The position numbers and the translations under genes were made by a program. The notes below the pieces were generated by a model that ran no database searches, had not been told where the DNA came from, and saw only the letters and a program-made list of their open reading frames with translations. Positions 1 to 10,708 of a stretch of 20,562 nucleotides of DNA are shown piece by piece (positions within the stretch are counted from its first letter, which is position 1; each line of letters begins with the position of its first letter). The stretch comes from Ginkgo biloba (Eukaryota; Plantae; Ginkgophyta): the NCBI GenBank assembly GCA_024626585.2, contig JANKJI020000002.1, forward strand, positions 38,810,786-38,831,347. The letters are read 5' to 3'.

Positions 1-1156
1 AGGATGATAATGATAAATATGTAATGTTAGTTCAAATTTGCAATTACTTTGTGGTATGTGGATGAAATCATTTGTGATATAATTCCCATGAATTATACTA
101 ATGTACTTTTGGGAATGATAGGAGAGCAAGAATGTCTGCTTATGAAAGAAAGTGTAGATTGCACAAAGATGGTAAATCCATTATACTTAATTATATTCCT
201 ACAACTAAAGTGCCAGTGTTTCTAACTAATGCATAAGCCAAGAGGTTAGTGAAGGCATCCCAAAAAATTGTATTAATAATGCTAAGGAACCAATAAAATC
301 TAAGTTGTTAGGTGTAAGAAGATTGAGATCTATTATTCATGATAAGGATCAATAAAAATAATTTAATAAAATGTTGCGTGATTCCATAGACATATTTGAA
401 GAAGCATAGAGTCTACCTCCTAAGAGACTAATCTCTCATACCATTGATCTTATACCTAAAGCACCTTTGCCTAATGGGATGTTGTATAAAAAATAAGTTG
501 TAGAGCATGAGGCTATCAAAAATAAATTAGAATAATTATTGGAGAAAGAGAACATCAAGCCTACCATGTGGTTCCATTATAATTCTTGTTTACAAGAAGG
601 ATGGAACTAGGTGAATGTTTATAGATTTCCAAGCTATCAACGAAATAATAGTGAAGAATAAATATCCTCTTCCACATGTTGATGATTAGTTTGACTAATT
701 ACAAGGAGAAATTTTCTTAAACAAGATTGATTAAATATTGTATACCACTAAGTTTGAATTCAAGAGGATGGAAAACAGTCTCTAAATGAAACATAGGCTC
801 TTGAAGTGGCTAGTCATGCCTTTTAGGCTAATTAATGCACCTACCACTTTAATGACATTGATAAACAATTTCATTTTATCATATTTGGACTCTATTAGTA
901 TCATATACCTTTATGATATACTTGTTTTTAGTCTCACATGTGAGGAGCACCTTACGTACATATAAGAAGCTTACAAGAACTAAGAGAAAACTAATTGCAA
1001 GCTAATATAGGTAAGTGTGATTTCACCATGTGTAGTATTTCTTATTTAGGATTTATCATAATTCAACATGGATAAGAGTAGACCCATCAAAAATAGAGAT
1101 TTTACTAGGCTATATAAGACCTACTAACATCCATGAGTTATGCAATTTGCTTGGAA
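1..1156 (+). pseudogene. Gypsy pol remnant copy 1: protease C-terminus plus reverse transcriptase
   Basis: Motifs VDEIICDIIPM, SLPPKRLISHTIDLIP, KKDGT, IVKNKYPLPHVDD, KWLVMPF.LINAPTT, and a catalytic motif decayed to YLYD (906-917). It ends at HELCNLLG (~1156). Many stops and frameshifts. Confidence 0.9.
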
Positions 1157-4100
1157 GATATACCATATTCAAATCCATATGAAATCAACAGAAGAACCAA
1201 GGACAACAACGATAAGGTAACCATGCAATGTTAATTTAAATTTTGAGTTACTTAGTGGCATATGGATGAAATCACTTGTGATATAATTCCTATGGGTTAT
1301 ACTAGTGTAAATATTAGGAATTCCTTTTCTGTGTGATAAGAGAGCAAAAATGTTCCCTTATGAAGAAAAGTGTAGATTGCAAAAGATGGTAAATTCATCA
1401 TACTTAAGTATATTCCTACATCTAAATGAATAGTATTGGTAACTATTTCATAAGTTAAGAGGTTAGCCTAGCTATCCCAAAAAAATCTATTAATAATGAT
1501 AAGGAACCAACAAGAGCTAAGTTGTTAGGTGCAAGCAGATTGAGATATATTGTCCATGATAAGGCTCAACAAAAATAATTCAATGGAATGTTGCATGACT
1601 TCAAAAATGTATTTGAAGAACCATATGTATACCTCATAAGAGATTGATCTCTCATGCCGTNNNNNNNNNNNNNNNNNNNNNNNNNNNNNNNNNNNNNNNN
1701 NNNNNNNNNNNNNNNNNNNNNNNNNNNNNNNNNNNNNNNNNNNNNNNNNNNNNNNNNNNNNNNNNNNNNNNNNNNNNNNNNNNNNNNNNNNNNNNNNNNN
1801 NNNNNNNNNNNNNNNNNNNNNNNNNNNNNNNNNNNNNNNNNNNNNNNNNNNNNNNNNNNNNNNNNNNNNNNNNNNNNNNNNNNNNNNNNNNNNNTTAATG
1901 ATTGTCTTGACCAATTACAAGGAGAAAAGTTCTTTAGCGAGATTGATTTAAAGACAGGATACCATGAAGTTTGAACTCAAGATGAGGATACATGGAAAAT
2001 AACCTTCAAGATGAAGCAAAGGCTCTTCAAGTGGTTAGTCATGCCTTTTGGGCTAATTAATAACTTACCACTTTTATGAGGTTGATAAGCAATGTTAGTT
2101 GACCCTATTTGGACTCTTTTATAGTTATATACCTTGATGATATACTTTATTTTAGTATCACATAAGAGGAGCATCTTGTATGCATACAAAGATTCTTGCA
2201 AAAATGAAGAGAAAACTAATTGCTAGAGAATATCAATAAGTGTGATTTCACCATGCATAACATTTTTTATCTAGGATTTATTATATGTGAGCATGCATTA
2301 AGAGTAGACCTAGCAAAAATAGAGGTTTTACTAGGTTAGATAAAACTTGCTAGCATCCATGAGTATTTTAGCTAACTTCTCATTTCATACTTAACATTGC
2401 ATGGTTACCTTTTATTAGTTTTCTATGATTAGCTAACTTCTACAAGAAAGTCGTCCAAGGCATTTTAGAAACTACACATTCTCTTAATCACCTTACAAAA
2501 GTAAAAAGTGTTTTTTGTATAGAATGAAAAACAACAAGATGGTTTTGAATTTTCAAGGTATAATTTATCATTAGCTCTAGTTTTGGCTATCCTAAATCAA
2601 TAATTTCCTTTCGAAATAAAAGAAAACACATAAGATATGCCATTGGTGTAGTGCTTAAACAATTAGCCAACCATTTAGAGCCATAATTAGATGTAATTCA
2701 AATAAATAGCATGTATCATAAGGATATCAATGCCATAGTCCAAGTTGTCAAGCATTGGAAGCACTATCTCCCTGTTAAAGAAACTATTATCTATTCTGAC
2801 CATTAGCCACTCTAGTTTTTGAACTCTTAAATAAAATTGGAGGATCATCACCTTGTCAAGTGGATGGAGTTCCCTCAACAGTTTCACTTCACCATCAATT
2901 AAGGGTAGTACAAACAAAGTAGTTTATTGACCAACTATTCATTCTTTATTGAATGTTATGGAGACTAAATATTTTAGATTTGTAGAGCAGAAGGACGTAT
3001 TTGTAAAGCCTCAAATCTTTCTTCTATCATTATTAGGCTTCAAGATCCTTAATTTCAAAAGGAGGATTACATTCGAGATTTCCATCTCAAGGATGTCTTG
3101 CTTTATAAAGTGAACTTAGTATGTACTCCATATGGAAGTTTTAGAATTAAGTATGANNNNNNNNNNNNNNNNNNNNNNNNNNNNNNNNNNNNNNNNNNNN
3201 NNNNNNNNNNNNNNNNNNNNNNNNNNNNNNNNNNNNNNNNNNNNNNNNNNNNNNNNNNNNNNNNNNNNNNNNNNNNNNNNNNNNNNNNNNNNNNNNNNNN
3301 NNNNNNNNNNNNNNNNNNNNNNNNNNNNNNNNNNNNNNNNNNNNNNNNNNNNNNNNNNNNNNNNNNNNNNNNNNNNNNNNNNNNNNNNNNNNNNNNNNNN
3401 NNNNNNNNNNNNNNNNNNNNNNNNNNNNNNNNNNNNNNNNNNNNNNNNNNNNNNNNNNNNNNNNNNNNNNNNNNNNNNNNNNNNNNNNNNNNNNNNNNNN
3501 NNNNNNNNNNNNNNNNNNNNNNNNNNNNNNNNNNNNNNNNNNNNNNNNNNNNNNNNNNNNNNNNNNNNNNNNNNNNNNNNNNNNNNNNNNNNNNNNNNNN
3601 NNNNNNNNNNNNNNNNNNNNNNNNNNNNNNNNNNNNNNNNNNNNNNNNNNNNNNNNNNNNNNNNNNNNNNNNNNNNNNNNNNNNNNNNNNNNNNNNNNNN
3701 NNNNNNNNNNNNNNNNNNNNNNNNNNNNNNNNNNNNNNNNNNNNNNNNNNNNNNNNNNNNNNNNNNNNNNNNNNNNNNNNNNNNNNNNNNNNNNNNNNNN
3801 NNNNNNNNNNNNNNNNNNNNNNNNNNNNNNNNNTTTTTCCATACATTTTTTCTTCTTCTTCCTAACATAAAGTTCACATGCAGGCAATGCACTTTGTGGA
3901 TCATATTTAATGAATTCATAAGTAGTTGCACGAAGAACTAATGAAAACACACCAAAACTATAAGAAAGTAAGTGATTAACATCGATATGAACATACATTT
4001 CAAGTTAGAGATAGAATATGGTTCTATCTACCAAAAGAAAGATGTGAGAGGAAAAGAGAGAGATTAAATCACTACAATATAGTTCTTATACCACTCTAAG

Positions 4101-4436
4101 GCAAATGCTTGTCTCTTGGATATGCCTCCATATATGGGGTTGTGTCTAATTTTATTATAGAAAAGATAAAACTATATGAGTCATACTTGATGGATGAAGA
4201 AGGTCAGATCTTCCCAAATCATCATGGTAACATTTACCCAGATCACGAGGAGTCACTAGAGGAAGATAGGATCATTGAACATCAAATCAAAAGCACAAGG
4301 TCTTATAGCATCAATTATTTCTTGGTAGAAAAGAAGAATAAGATCCACACTAGGGAAAGTGGATAATAATTCAAAAAGAGTTGTCATATTTGATGGATCA
4401 AATAATGGGGTCCATTGCTCCCTTTAGTGGAGGAAT
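1157..4436 (+). pseudogene. Gypsy pol remnant copy 2: protease, RT, RNase H, integrase (core lost in N gap 3157-3833) and C-terminal chromodomain-like region
   Basis: Motifs PYSNPYEI..KVTMQC, MDEITCDIIPM, DCLDQLQGEKFFSEIDLKTGYHEV and YLDD (2130-2141). RNase H-region motifs LANFY, YAIGVVL, AIVQVVKHWKHYL..ETIIYSDH and LVKWMEF. Integrase-proximal FHLKDVLLYK..LVC, then FQVRDRIWFYLPKER and LEEDRIIEHQIKSTRSYSINYFLV. Disabled by multiple stops. Confidence 0.9.
4426..4436 (+). other. Polypurine tract (PPT) of the gypsy element
   Basis: AGTGGAGGAAT lies immediately after the integrase/chromodomain region and directly before TGATG. Confidence 0.6.
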
Positions 4437-4987
4437 TGATGATCCAAAGTGGGCTTCAACACCTAAAGGGGAGGTCATATAACGTAGGATTCTAAAGGGC
4501 GCTAATACCTAAGGGCTTATGTAAGAGGATAAGAATTATCTAATCTTATATTATCTTAGAATATTTTTCTTAGGTCTACAACCACATGCAACATATATCT
4601 TCTAATAAACTAGGACTTATTTATCACAAATTCATTAAGAGTTTGCATGAGTGTACGCATGAATGAATTTCACTAAAGAATTAATTTGAGTGAATGCGTG
4701 AGAGACCTTAGAAAGTGAGAATTTAATTATAGGCAAACGAGGGCACTTATAATTAGAAGCCCTTGCCCATTGTACATGTAGCATTGAAACATCAAAACTT
4801 AAACTTGAGTGTATGTGATGTTGTAATCAATGTAAGATACCTTTGACTTTGTCTAATTAAAAGTTTCATAATCTTTAAAGAGATTTTGTCCTTTTGGATT
4901 CTTATGGAATCTTTGAATATTTTATTATTTGTTAGAGTGTGTGATAATTTGAATAAGTAAAGGTTACCCTATTTGTCACAGTCATCG
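4437..4987 (+). repeat. 3' LTR of the CRM-like element (end approximate)
   Basis: Starts TGATG directly after the PPT. It is non-coding, with a TATA-like CTTATAATTAG near 4746-4756 and an AATTAAA near 4855-4861. The 3' terminus is only a degenerate GTCATCG, so the end is uncertain. Confidence 0.6.
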
Positions 4988-7050
4988 CAACTTATATGAA
5001 GCATGAACCTACTTATACAAATGGAAGATTTTAAATGTTGTTATTTTTCTTATTTAGGGGCCTATTTTTTTTAAACAAAAAAATCCACCACATACACAAG
5101 AAAAACTGTTGCACAAATAGGGAAACCCATCATATAAACAGGATAACCTATCATGCTTACTAGAAAACCCATTGTGCAATTCAAGGTATCATGACTTTTC
5201 CCTTGTGCACAAAAATTCAGGAATTTAGGACTAGAAGTTCAACAAATAGAGGTGTACAGTTGTTATAGAATTGTACAACACTTCAAGGGGTTAATATACT
5301 GACCTATGNNNNNNNNNNNNNNNNNNNNNNNNNNNNNNNNNNNNNNNNNNNNNNNNNNNNNNNNNNNNNNNNNNNNNNNNNNNNNNNNNNNNNNNNNNNN
5401 NNNNNNNNCTCTTCTTGTATTTTTTGCCCTTCTGCCTCACTAAATTTATGTCTCTTTTGTCTTTCGATTTGCCTTCATGATGCTACAACCATCCATACAA
5501 TGCTCTACTACCAATTCCAAGCTTTCTGTTTGACTATAAAATTGTCATGATTTACTATGTATCTCCAACAACCGTGTAACTACGACAATTGATTGAAATA
5601 TGCTACGACCAACTATATAATTGTCACAACCACAAAGAAATGAAACAACCTTTGTTATTCTGCCTTTATGATCCAACCATACTATTTAGTAGGCATAAAC
5701 TCCTCCCTTGACTTATGTGGGGTTGTCTCTTTACTGGTGATTTATTGTCTCCCAAATAATAAATGCATCTATCACAACGTCCTATATTGCACAAGCACTT
5801 TCTATATAACCAAGATCTATATTTTCTTACTTGTATATTGTATGAAGTTAAGTTGTGTACTTGGTAAATCACAAGAATATCCTAAAAATTGTTGATCTTC
5901 TAATTTTGATTTTGCGCTGGCCAAGCTCGAGAGTCAAACACACGCTTCAAGCTTATTAGACTCCCATGTTCTAGTGTGGTTGGGAAGATACACACAGGCC
6001 ATGTATCGAAGTCCATAGTCCCAATGACCCAGGGAATTCTTTAAAGGCTTTAGTGATGTATCCACTCACACTGACGATCAGCACAACTACATAGCCTCTC
6101 TTAACTTCACAGGCATAGGCTCTCTGTCATTAAGAGTTGCATTCTACTTGCTCATTGTCACACTGTTTGCACTCTTGCCACAGTAAACGCTCATTACTCT
6201 GACCACTGTGTGCCTTGATGAAAGGCCAGCTCTATGCTTACGAGCATTGGCTCCAAGTTTGTGAAAATTGTTAAAAACCCAATCCCATCAAATAGTTTGT
6301 ACATGAAGGTGATTCCTCCTTTTTCCACTTCCTTGCATGCAAAAACTATGACAATTTAATATTCAACCAATACCTACAGCCAACTTAGCTATTGCCTTGT
6401 GTATGTTCTCTTCCAACCAGTCNNNNNNNNNNNNNNNNNNNNNNNNNNNNNNNNNNNNNNNNNNNNNNNNNNNNNNNNNNNNNNNNNNNNNNNNNNNNNN
6501 NNNNTACCTTCTTTCGCAAATTTTTGTGAAGTATACATTGAATACAATACATCATGGGATTGTGCCTTATCCACTTTGGAAGCTTGGATAAAGCTATATC
6601 TTAAGAGGCCAGGTAACACCAAATCTGAAGCTCCTATAGTATGCTAAAATATTCTATTGTAGTGGAGGAAAGCAGTATTAAATATGACAAAACTCAATCT
6701 TACCACTTGCCAAACTAGTTCTAAAGAATTGCGACTCTGGGAGGACACATGTTTGAAACATTTTGACCGGTGTTTTTGAGGTCAAAAGTGGTACTTTTTG
6801 CCTTCAAAACTAGTCTTTTGGATACCCCAGTTTATAGTCAAATATGCTTTCAACCAGCTCATGATGGCTTTTTTTTTGGAATGTTGAAAATAAAAGCCTG
6901 GCTAACATTTGAATGATTTGGGTAACTATGTTTTCCACCTATCCTTCAAGAATGACAGTTTCGGCCACCAAGAACCCCATTGCCCAGTGCAAGCTATTAT
7001 TTTTATGAAGGATTCTTCTCTGAACTAAAGGTATGGCCTGGGTAGAAGTA

Positions 7051-7882
7051 TTTATTCTCTTTGCTAATAAAATGATTCCATCAAGCATGATCAGCTTAGC
7101 TAATTCAACACAAAATCGATAAAATGAAATGTGACTACAGAAGATGATAAAAGGTATGAACAACATAATCTCTGGTCCACCATCAACCATTGAGTGTCTT
7201 TATATTAACAGTTTGCAGATAAAAATCAAGAAGGAAAACAAATGATAGTCAAATACTGCAGAGGAAACTTCATATACAAACCAGCATGGCATTATTACGA
7301 AATTCAAACTGTACAATCAGATTGAAATATTATTCAAGTTTGGATAAGCAAGATACAGATCGCAATTTTTCCCACAAATGGAAAAGACGGGAAAACATCG
7401 CCTTAACTTGTGAACACTGTTGATTCTGCAGTGTTTTCCTCCGGTATTTCAAAGCATGCAGCCACCAATAGTTCCTCATTGTATTCCTGATCCCAAAAGC
7501 TCTGATGAAAGGAAATACCACTTTCATATCTCTGTACATTTCCATTCATTGCAATGTGCATATGAAGAAACATATCCTTGTACATACAAAGCCTTCTACT
7601 AGTGAGATATAGCTACAACCAAATTCTTTGAATATCTTTGATAAAGACATGGACCTGCAAGCTGGGAAGAGCATATATCCTGCAGAATACATAGAAAATG
7701 AGATCAAGCAGACCATGTCATACACTTCCACGTAAGCAAACACGAGCAAACTCTAACACAGAGGAGATGAACCTGAAGTTACCAGAAGAAAAGAAGTGTA
7801 AGACATGCAGAGCATTCAAAACCAAATACTTACAGCAAGGCCTCACTCATCATATGTTACAACTAGATTCCAAGCTACACAT
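7051..7882 (-). other. Probable 3' UTR/downstream region of the SAFE1-like gene
   Basis: On the minus strand this is U/GU-rich, non-TE-like sequence after the stop, with an AATAAA at 7056-7051. The true poly(A) site is unknown and may be nearer the stop. Confidence 0.35.
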
Positions 7883-8050
7883 TCATTTCAATATGGGACC
7901 ATATGGGCTGGGACATGGAACTACAGCAAGATCAGGTAATCGATCAATGATTTCATTAACAGCTGCTAGACATGCATTCAGCATCTTCTTTTCTATCTGT
8001 ACCAGCTGTGTTGCCACCCGCCTTTTTGGATCTGTGGTGGGATCAGCAAG
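7883..8050 (-). CDS. SAFE1: Terminal coding exon of plastid SET-domain (Rubisco LSMT-like) lysine methyltransferase, SAFEGUARD1/At5g14260-like
   Basis: Translates as LADPTTDPKRRVATQLVQIEKKMLNACLAAVNEIIDRLPDLAVVPCPSPYGPILK*. This is colinear with the recalled At5g14260 C-terminus (LADPSLNPRKRVATRLVQLEKKILVACL...LPDTAISPCPAPYAPSLK*). It is preceded by a pyrimidine-rich acceptor ...tttctttgcactgcatcAG (AG at 8052-8051, phase 0), and the TGA stop is at 7885-7883. It is absent from the ORF track. Confidence 0.92.
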   Translation of the reverse strand, partial: LADPTTDPKRRVATQLVQIEKKMLNACLAAVNEIIDRLPDLAVVPCPSPYGPILK

Positions 8051-8188
8051 CTGATGCAGTGCAAAGAAATTATAAATGATTCTTGTCAGTNNNNNNNNNN
8101 NNNNNNNNNNNNNNNNNNNNNNNNNNNNNNNNNNNNNNNNNNNNNNNNNNNNNNNNNNNNNNNNNNNNNNNNNNNNNNNNNNNNNNNN
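8051..8188 (-). other. Short last intron of the SAFE1-like gene (donor in N gap)
   Basis: Lies between the two recognised exons. The AG acceptor and U-rich tract are visible, and the 5' part is in Ns. Confidence 0.8.
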
Positions 8189-8274
8189 CTAGCAGATGTT
8201 GGATAGGTAGCAAGTCGAGCTGTGAAGTATCTGCATAGCTGGTCCAAAACTGCTTTTTCTGTGCATGGACTCAC
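8189..8274 (-). CDS. SAFE1: Penultimate coding exon of the SAFE1-like gene (3' end hidden in N gap 8091-8188)
   Basis: Translates as VSPCTEKAVLDQLCRYFTARLATYPTSA, versus recalled At5g14260 MSPCMERAVLDQLANYFMRRLSGYPTT. Acceptor CAG at 8277-8275 with a CTGAC branch-point motif at 8303-8299. About 16 nt plus the donor are expected inside the gap. Confidence 0.9.
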
Positions 8275-9198
8275 CTGCTCTTGTATTTCCAAAAATCAGT
8301 CAGTGAAAATGAGGAGGCTTGTTATCATTAGTTTGTCTTTAGGAGGGTTCATCAAGGCCCAAGACAAATGTTAGATAACATGCATATGAGAATCTTTCTA
8401 CAAACTACAGATAAACCAATTATACAATGGTAATAGACTTCTATTAATAAGAAAAACGATTGTTTGTTTGAAGCTCATACTAATATAAATCTCCCAATTA
8501 TTCATATTAGGAAATGCACATTAGAAATGGAATAATTGCATTGAAAAGGCAATTCAGATTTAAAACTACACCTAATTATGAAGATGAGATCTCAGCTTCT
8601 TCTATTTAACATGCTCTTTTAAAATTGGCCAGCATTAGAAANNNNNNNNNNTGGCATTTGTAAAAATGTGAACAATCGCAACAGGATACCATTGTTAAGA
8701 AATAAACAAGAGTGCATAACAGAAATTGCAACCACATATTGGAGAAGATTTAAGATACAGTGCCATAAGGCACTGGGAACCAGTCCATCTCCATTAAACA
8801 CAAAAACTCCAATATATATTTTACAAATGACTTTTCATTTCAGCTTCCATAACCCTTGATATTCTCATGAATATTAAATTTCACTTTCCAACACACCCCC
8901 ATAAATTAATATTCTGAAATCTAAAACCCAACCTACAAAATAGACATATAAGCCTTTACAAAACTGCATGTTTATATCTCAAAACATACTTTAAAAACAA
9001 GCAAAATAAGGCATTAAGCACCTATGGGGGTTTGGCACTGGTGTTACATCAAACCATGGGACCAAAGTCTTAAAACCTTGGGGGTGGATCTGAAAATAGT
9101 TACAAAAAAATTACATTTAAAATTAAACATTTGTACCTTAATAAATTTATTTTTTTTAAACTTCACCTTTCCATTTCGCTCGTAGCTGCAGACTTCAA

Positions 9199-9214
9199 TT
9201 TTTTTTTTTTTTTT
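9199..9214. repeat. Poly(T)16 homopolymer
   Basis: Read directly from the sequence. Confidence 0.9.
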
Positions 9215-10612
9215 CCATCGTCACCAAACCTGATTTCAATCCAATTTGCGTCGAACTCCTTTTGGATCNNNNNNNNNNNNNNNNNNNNNNNNNNNNNNNN
9301 NNNNNNNNNNNNNNNNNNNNNNNNNNNNNNNNNNNNNNNNNNNNNNNNNNNNNNNNNNNNNNNNNNNNAAAAAGAGTCAATGCACTAAACATAACCATGC
9401 AAGTTAGTGTCAACGTACAACCCACTGTGAGTGCTAGCACACCCCATTGCACTGGAGCATCTCCGAGGGTTCTTAGGGTGCTAGCCCTACCCTCATTGCC
9501 AGTGTGCCCAAACATAACATAAATTTTCACTAGGGCTATAGCTTGTGCAGTCCCATGCTAGACAAAAATGCATTAAATGCAATACCATAGCCAAAGTTAT
9601 ACATAACCAATCCTTTCAATGGATTCCATACTAGAACAAGTTGCCACCTAAGCTAGGAGCTAGAATTTATGAACCTAAAATAGGGGAAAGCAATAAACAC
9701 ACCAAACTCTAATTGTCCAAGCAATCCAATTTCATCTATAAAGAGTATAAAATTGCTCTATCATCAAGAGCACCCTACTGCAAAGAGGCTAATTCTACAT
9801 TCCTAGGGTTATAGACTCCCACACATGCATACATAACTATAAATTCAAATTTTAAACTTATTCTATTATTATTAATTTATGACAGTCTGAAAAACAGAGC
9901 GCAAAAATAAACACAAAAAGTTGGGTTGAATATGTACTTACAATTTATGGTGACTTACTAGTTCAAACTGAAGATCCTAAACCTCTCTATACGTCAAAAC
10001 GTCTTATTCAACATCTTAGAATGCAACAACCTATGTCCAAGGCCAAGTATGACAGTGCATACGCACAATCTAGTTGTTGGGTGCTAGAAAAGACTTGGAA
10101 CTTATTTTGGAGGTTTGTTGAGGTTTCGAAAGCTGCGAAAGTCCATACTAATACCTCCAATGAGGTCACCTTGCCATACGGACGAGATGTGAGCAGTCCT
10201 TTAATGAAAATATGCGCTTGAAAGTAGTTATAAATGCAACAACTTTTATGGTTAAGTACTCTCAGACAGAATGCAAAAAACCAACTAGCAAAATGAGGAC
10301 GCCTTCAAGANNNNNNNNNNNNNNNNNNNNNNNNNNNNNNNNNNNNNNNNNNNNNNNNNNNNNNNNNNNNNNNNNNNNNNNNNTTCTACATAGAGCTAGG
10401 TTTAACCTTAGGGTTGCCCTAGACCTTAAGAAGCCCTCTGTAGCACTATACTACCTCAAATTACTCCTTGAATAGAGTTGCCCCTAGTTGGAGGACACTC
10501 TTGGCTTTATTCTTCATAATTTTCTCTCCTACGCACCTCAACATGGGGTTTCATGATCACATTCAGTCTCTGTAATCTAGCCCCATCATTTACCTTATGC
10601 TTAAACACGTCT

Positions 10613-10708
10613 TCTAAGGCTAAATTAATGCATTCTTCTTCGCTGGCCTTGGCCCACCTTTCAAACCTTTCAAGGTCAAATTTGTAGTACTTTGTTGAGT
10701 TGTAACAA
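10613..10708. repeat. Diverged direct repeat, copy A (partner 11171-11258)
   Basis: TCTAAGGCTAAATT...GGCCCA.CTTTCAAGGTCAAATTT...TTTGTTG.GTTGTAACAA occurs at both places. Copy A has an extra 9-bp tandem duplication ACCTTTCAA (10656-10673). Confidence 0.85.

Larger units (their letters stand above)
1..4987 (+). mobile_element. Degenerate Ty3/gypsy chromovirus LTR retrotransposon (CRM-like), 5' part outside window; domain order PR-RT-(PR-RT)-RH-INT-chromodomain-PPT-3'LTR
   Basis: Manual translation across stops and frameshifts gives the gypsy domain order (RT-RH before INT). The protease tail DEITCDIIPM resembles CRM-type DEVxCDVVPM, and the LTR begins TGATG after a purine tract. The right boundary is approximate. 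Confidence 0.9.

Noticed and set aside
1977-2917. Minus-strand ORFs 1977-2201 and 2687-2917
   Set aside because: These are antisense frames of decayed RT/RNase H.
1525-3998. Long ORFs in the track spanning N runs (also 12145-12819 and others)
   Set aside because: They are open only because Ns contain no stops.
5520-5640. Repeated ACTATA.AATTGTCA motifs as an array or CRISPR-like structure
   Set aside because: There are only two degenerate copies with no regular spacing, in a eukaryotic context. They are likely TE subterminal sequence.
6939-7749. Several 60-83 aa ORFs downstream of the gene
   Set aside because: They are short, overlap on both strands and have no motifs, consistent with chance ORFs in UTR/intergenic DNA.
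7698-8054. 118-aa plus-strand ORF
   Set aside because: It is an antisense shadow of the SAFE1-like terminal exon and 3' UTR, with no recognisable motif.
7883-8274. Assignment of the exons to pTAC14 or LSMT itself
   Set aside because: The PCPxPYxPxLK terminus matches the recalled At5g14260/SAFE1 sequence. pTAC14, as recalled, ends differently.
8275-8292. MEIQEQ N-terminus of ORF 8086-8292
   Set aside because: This is intronic read-through upstream of the CAG acceptor. Homology begins at VSP.
9199-9268. Poly(T) as the tail of a minus-strand SINE/LINE
   Set aside because: The body is interrupted by an N gap, and no A/B boxes, ORF2 motif or TSD are visible.
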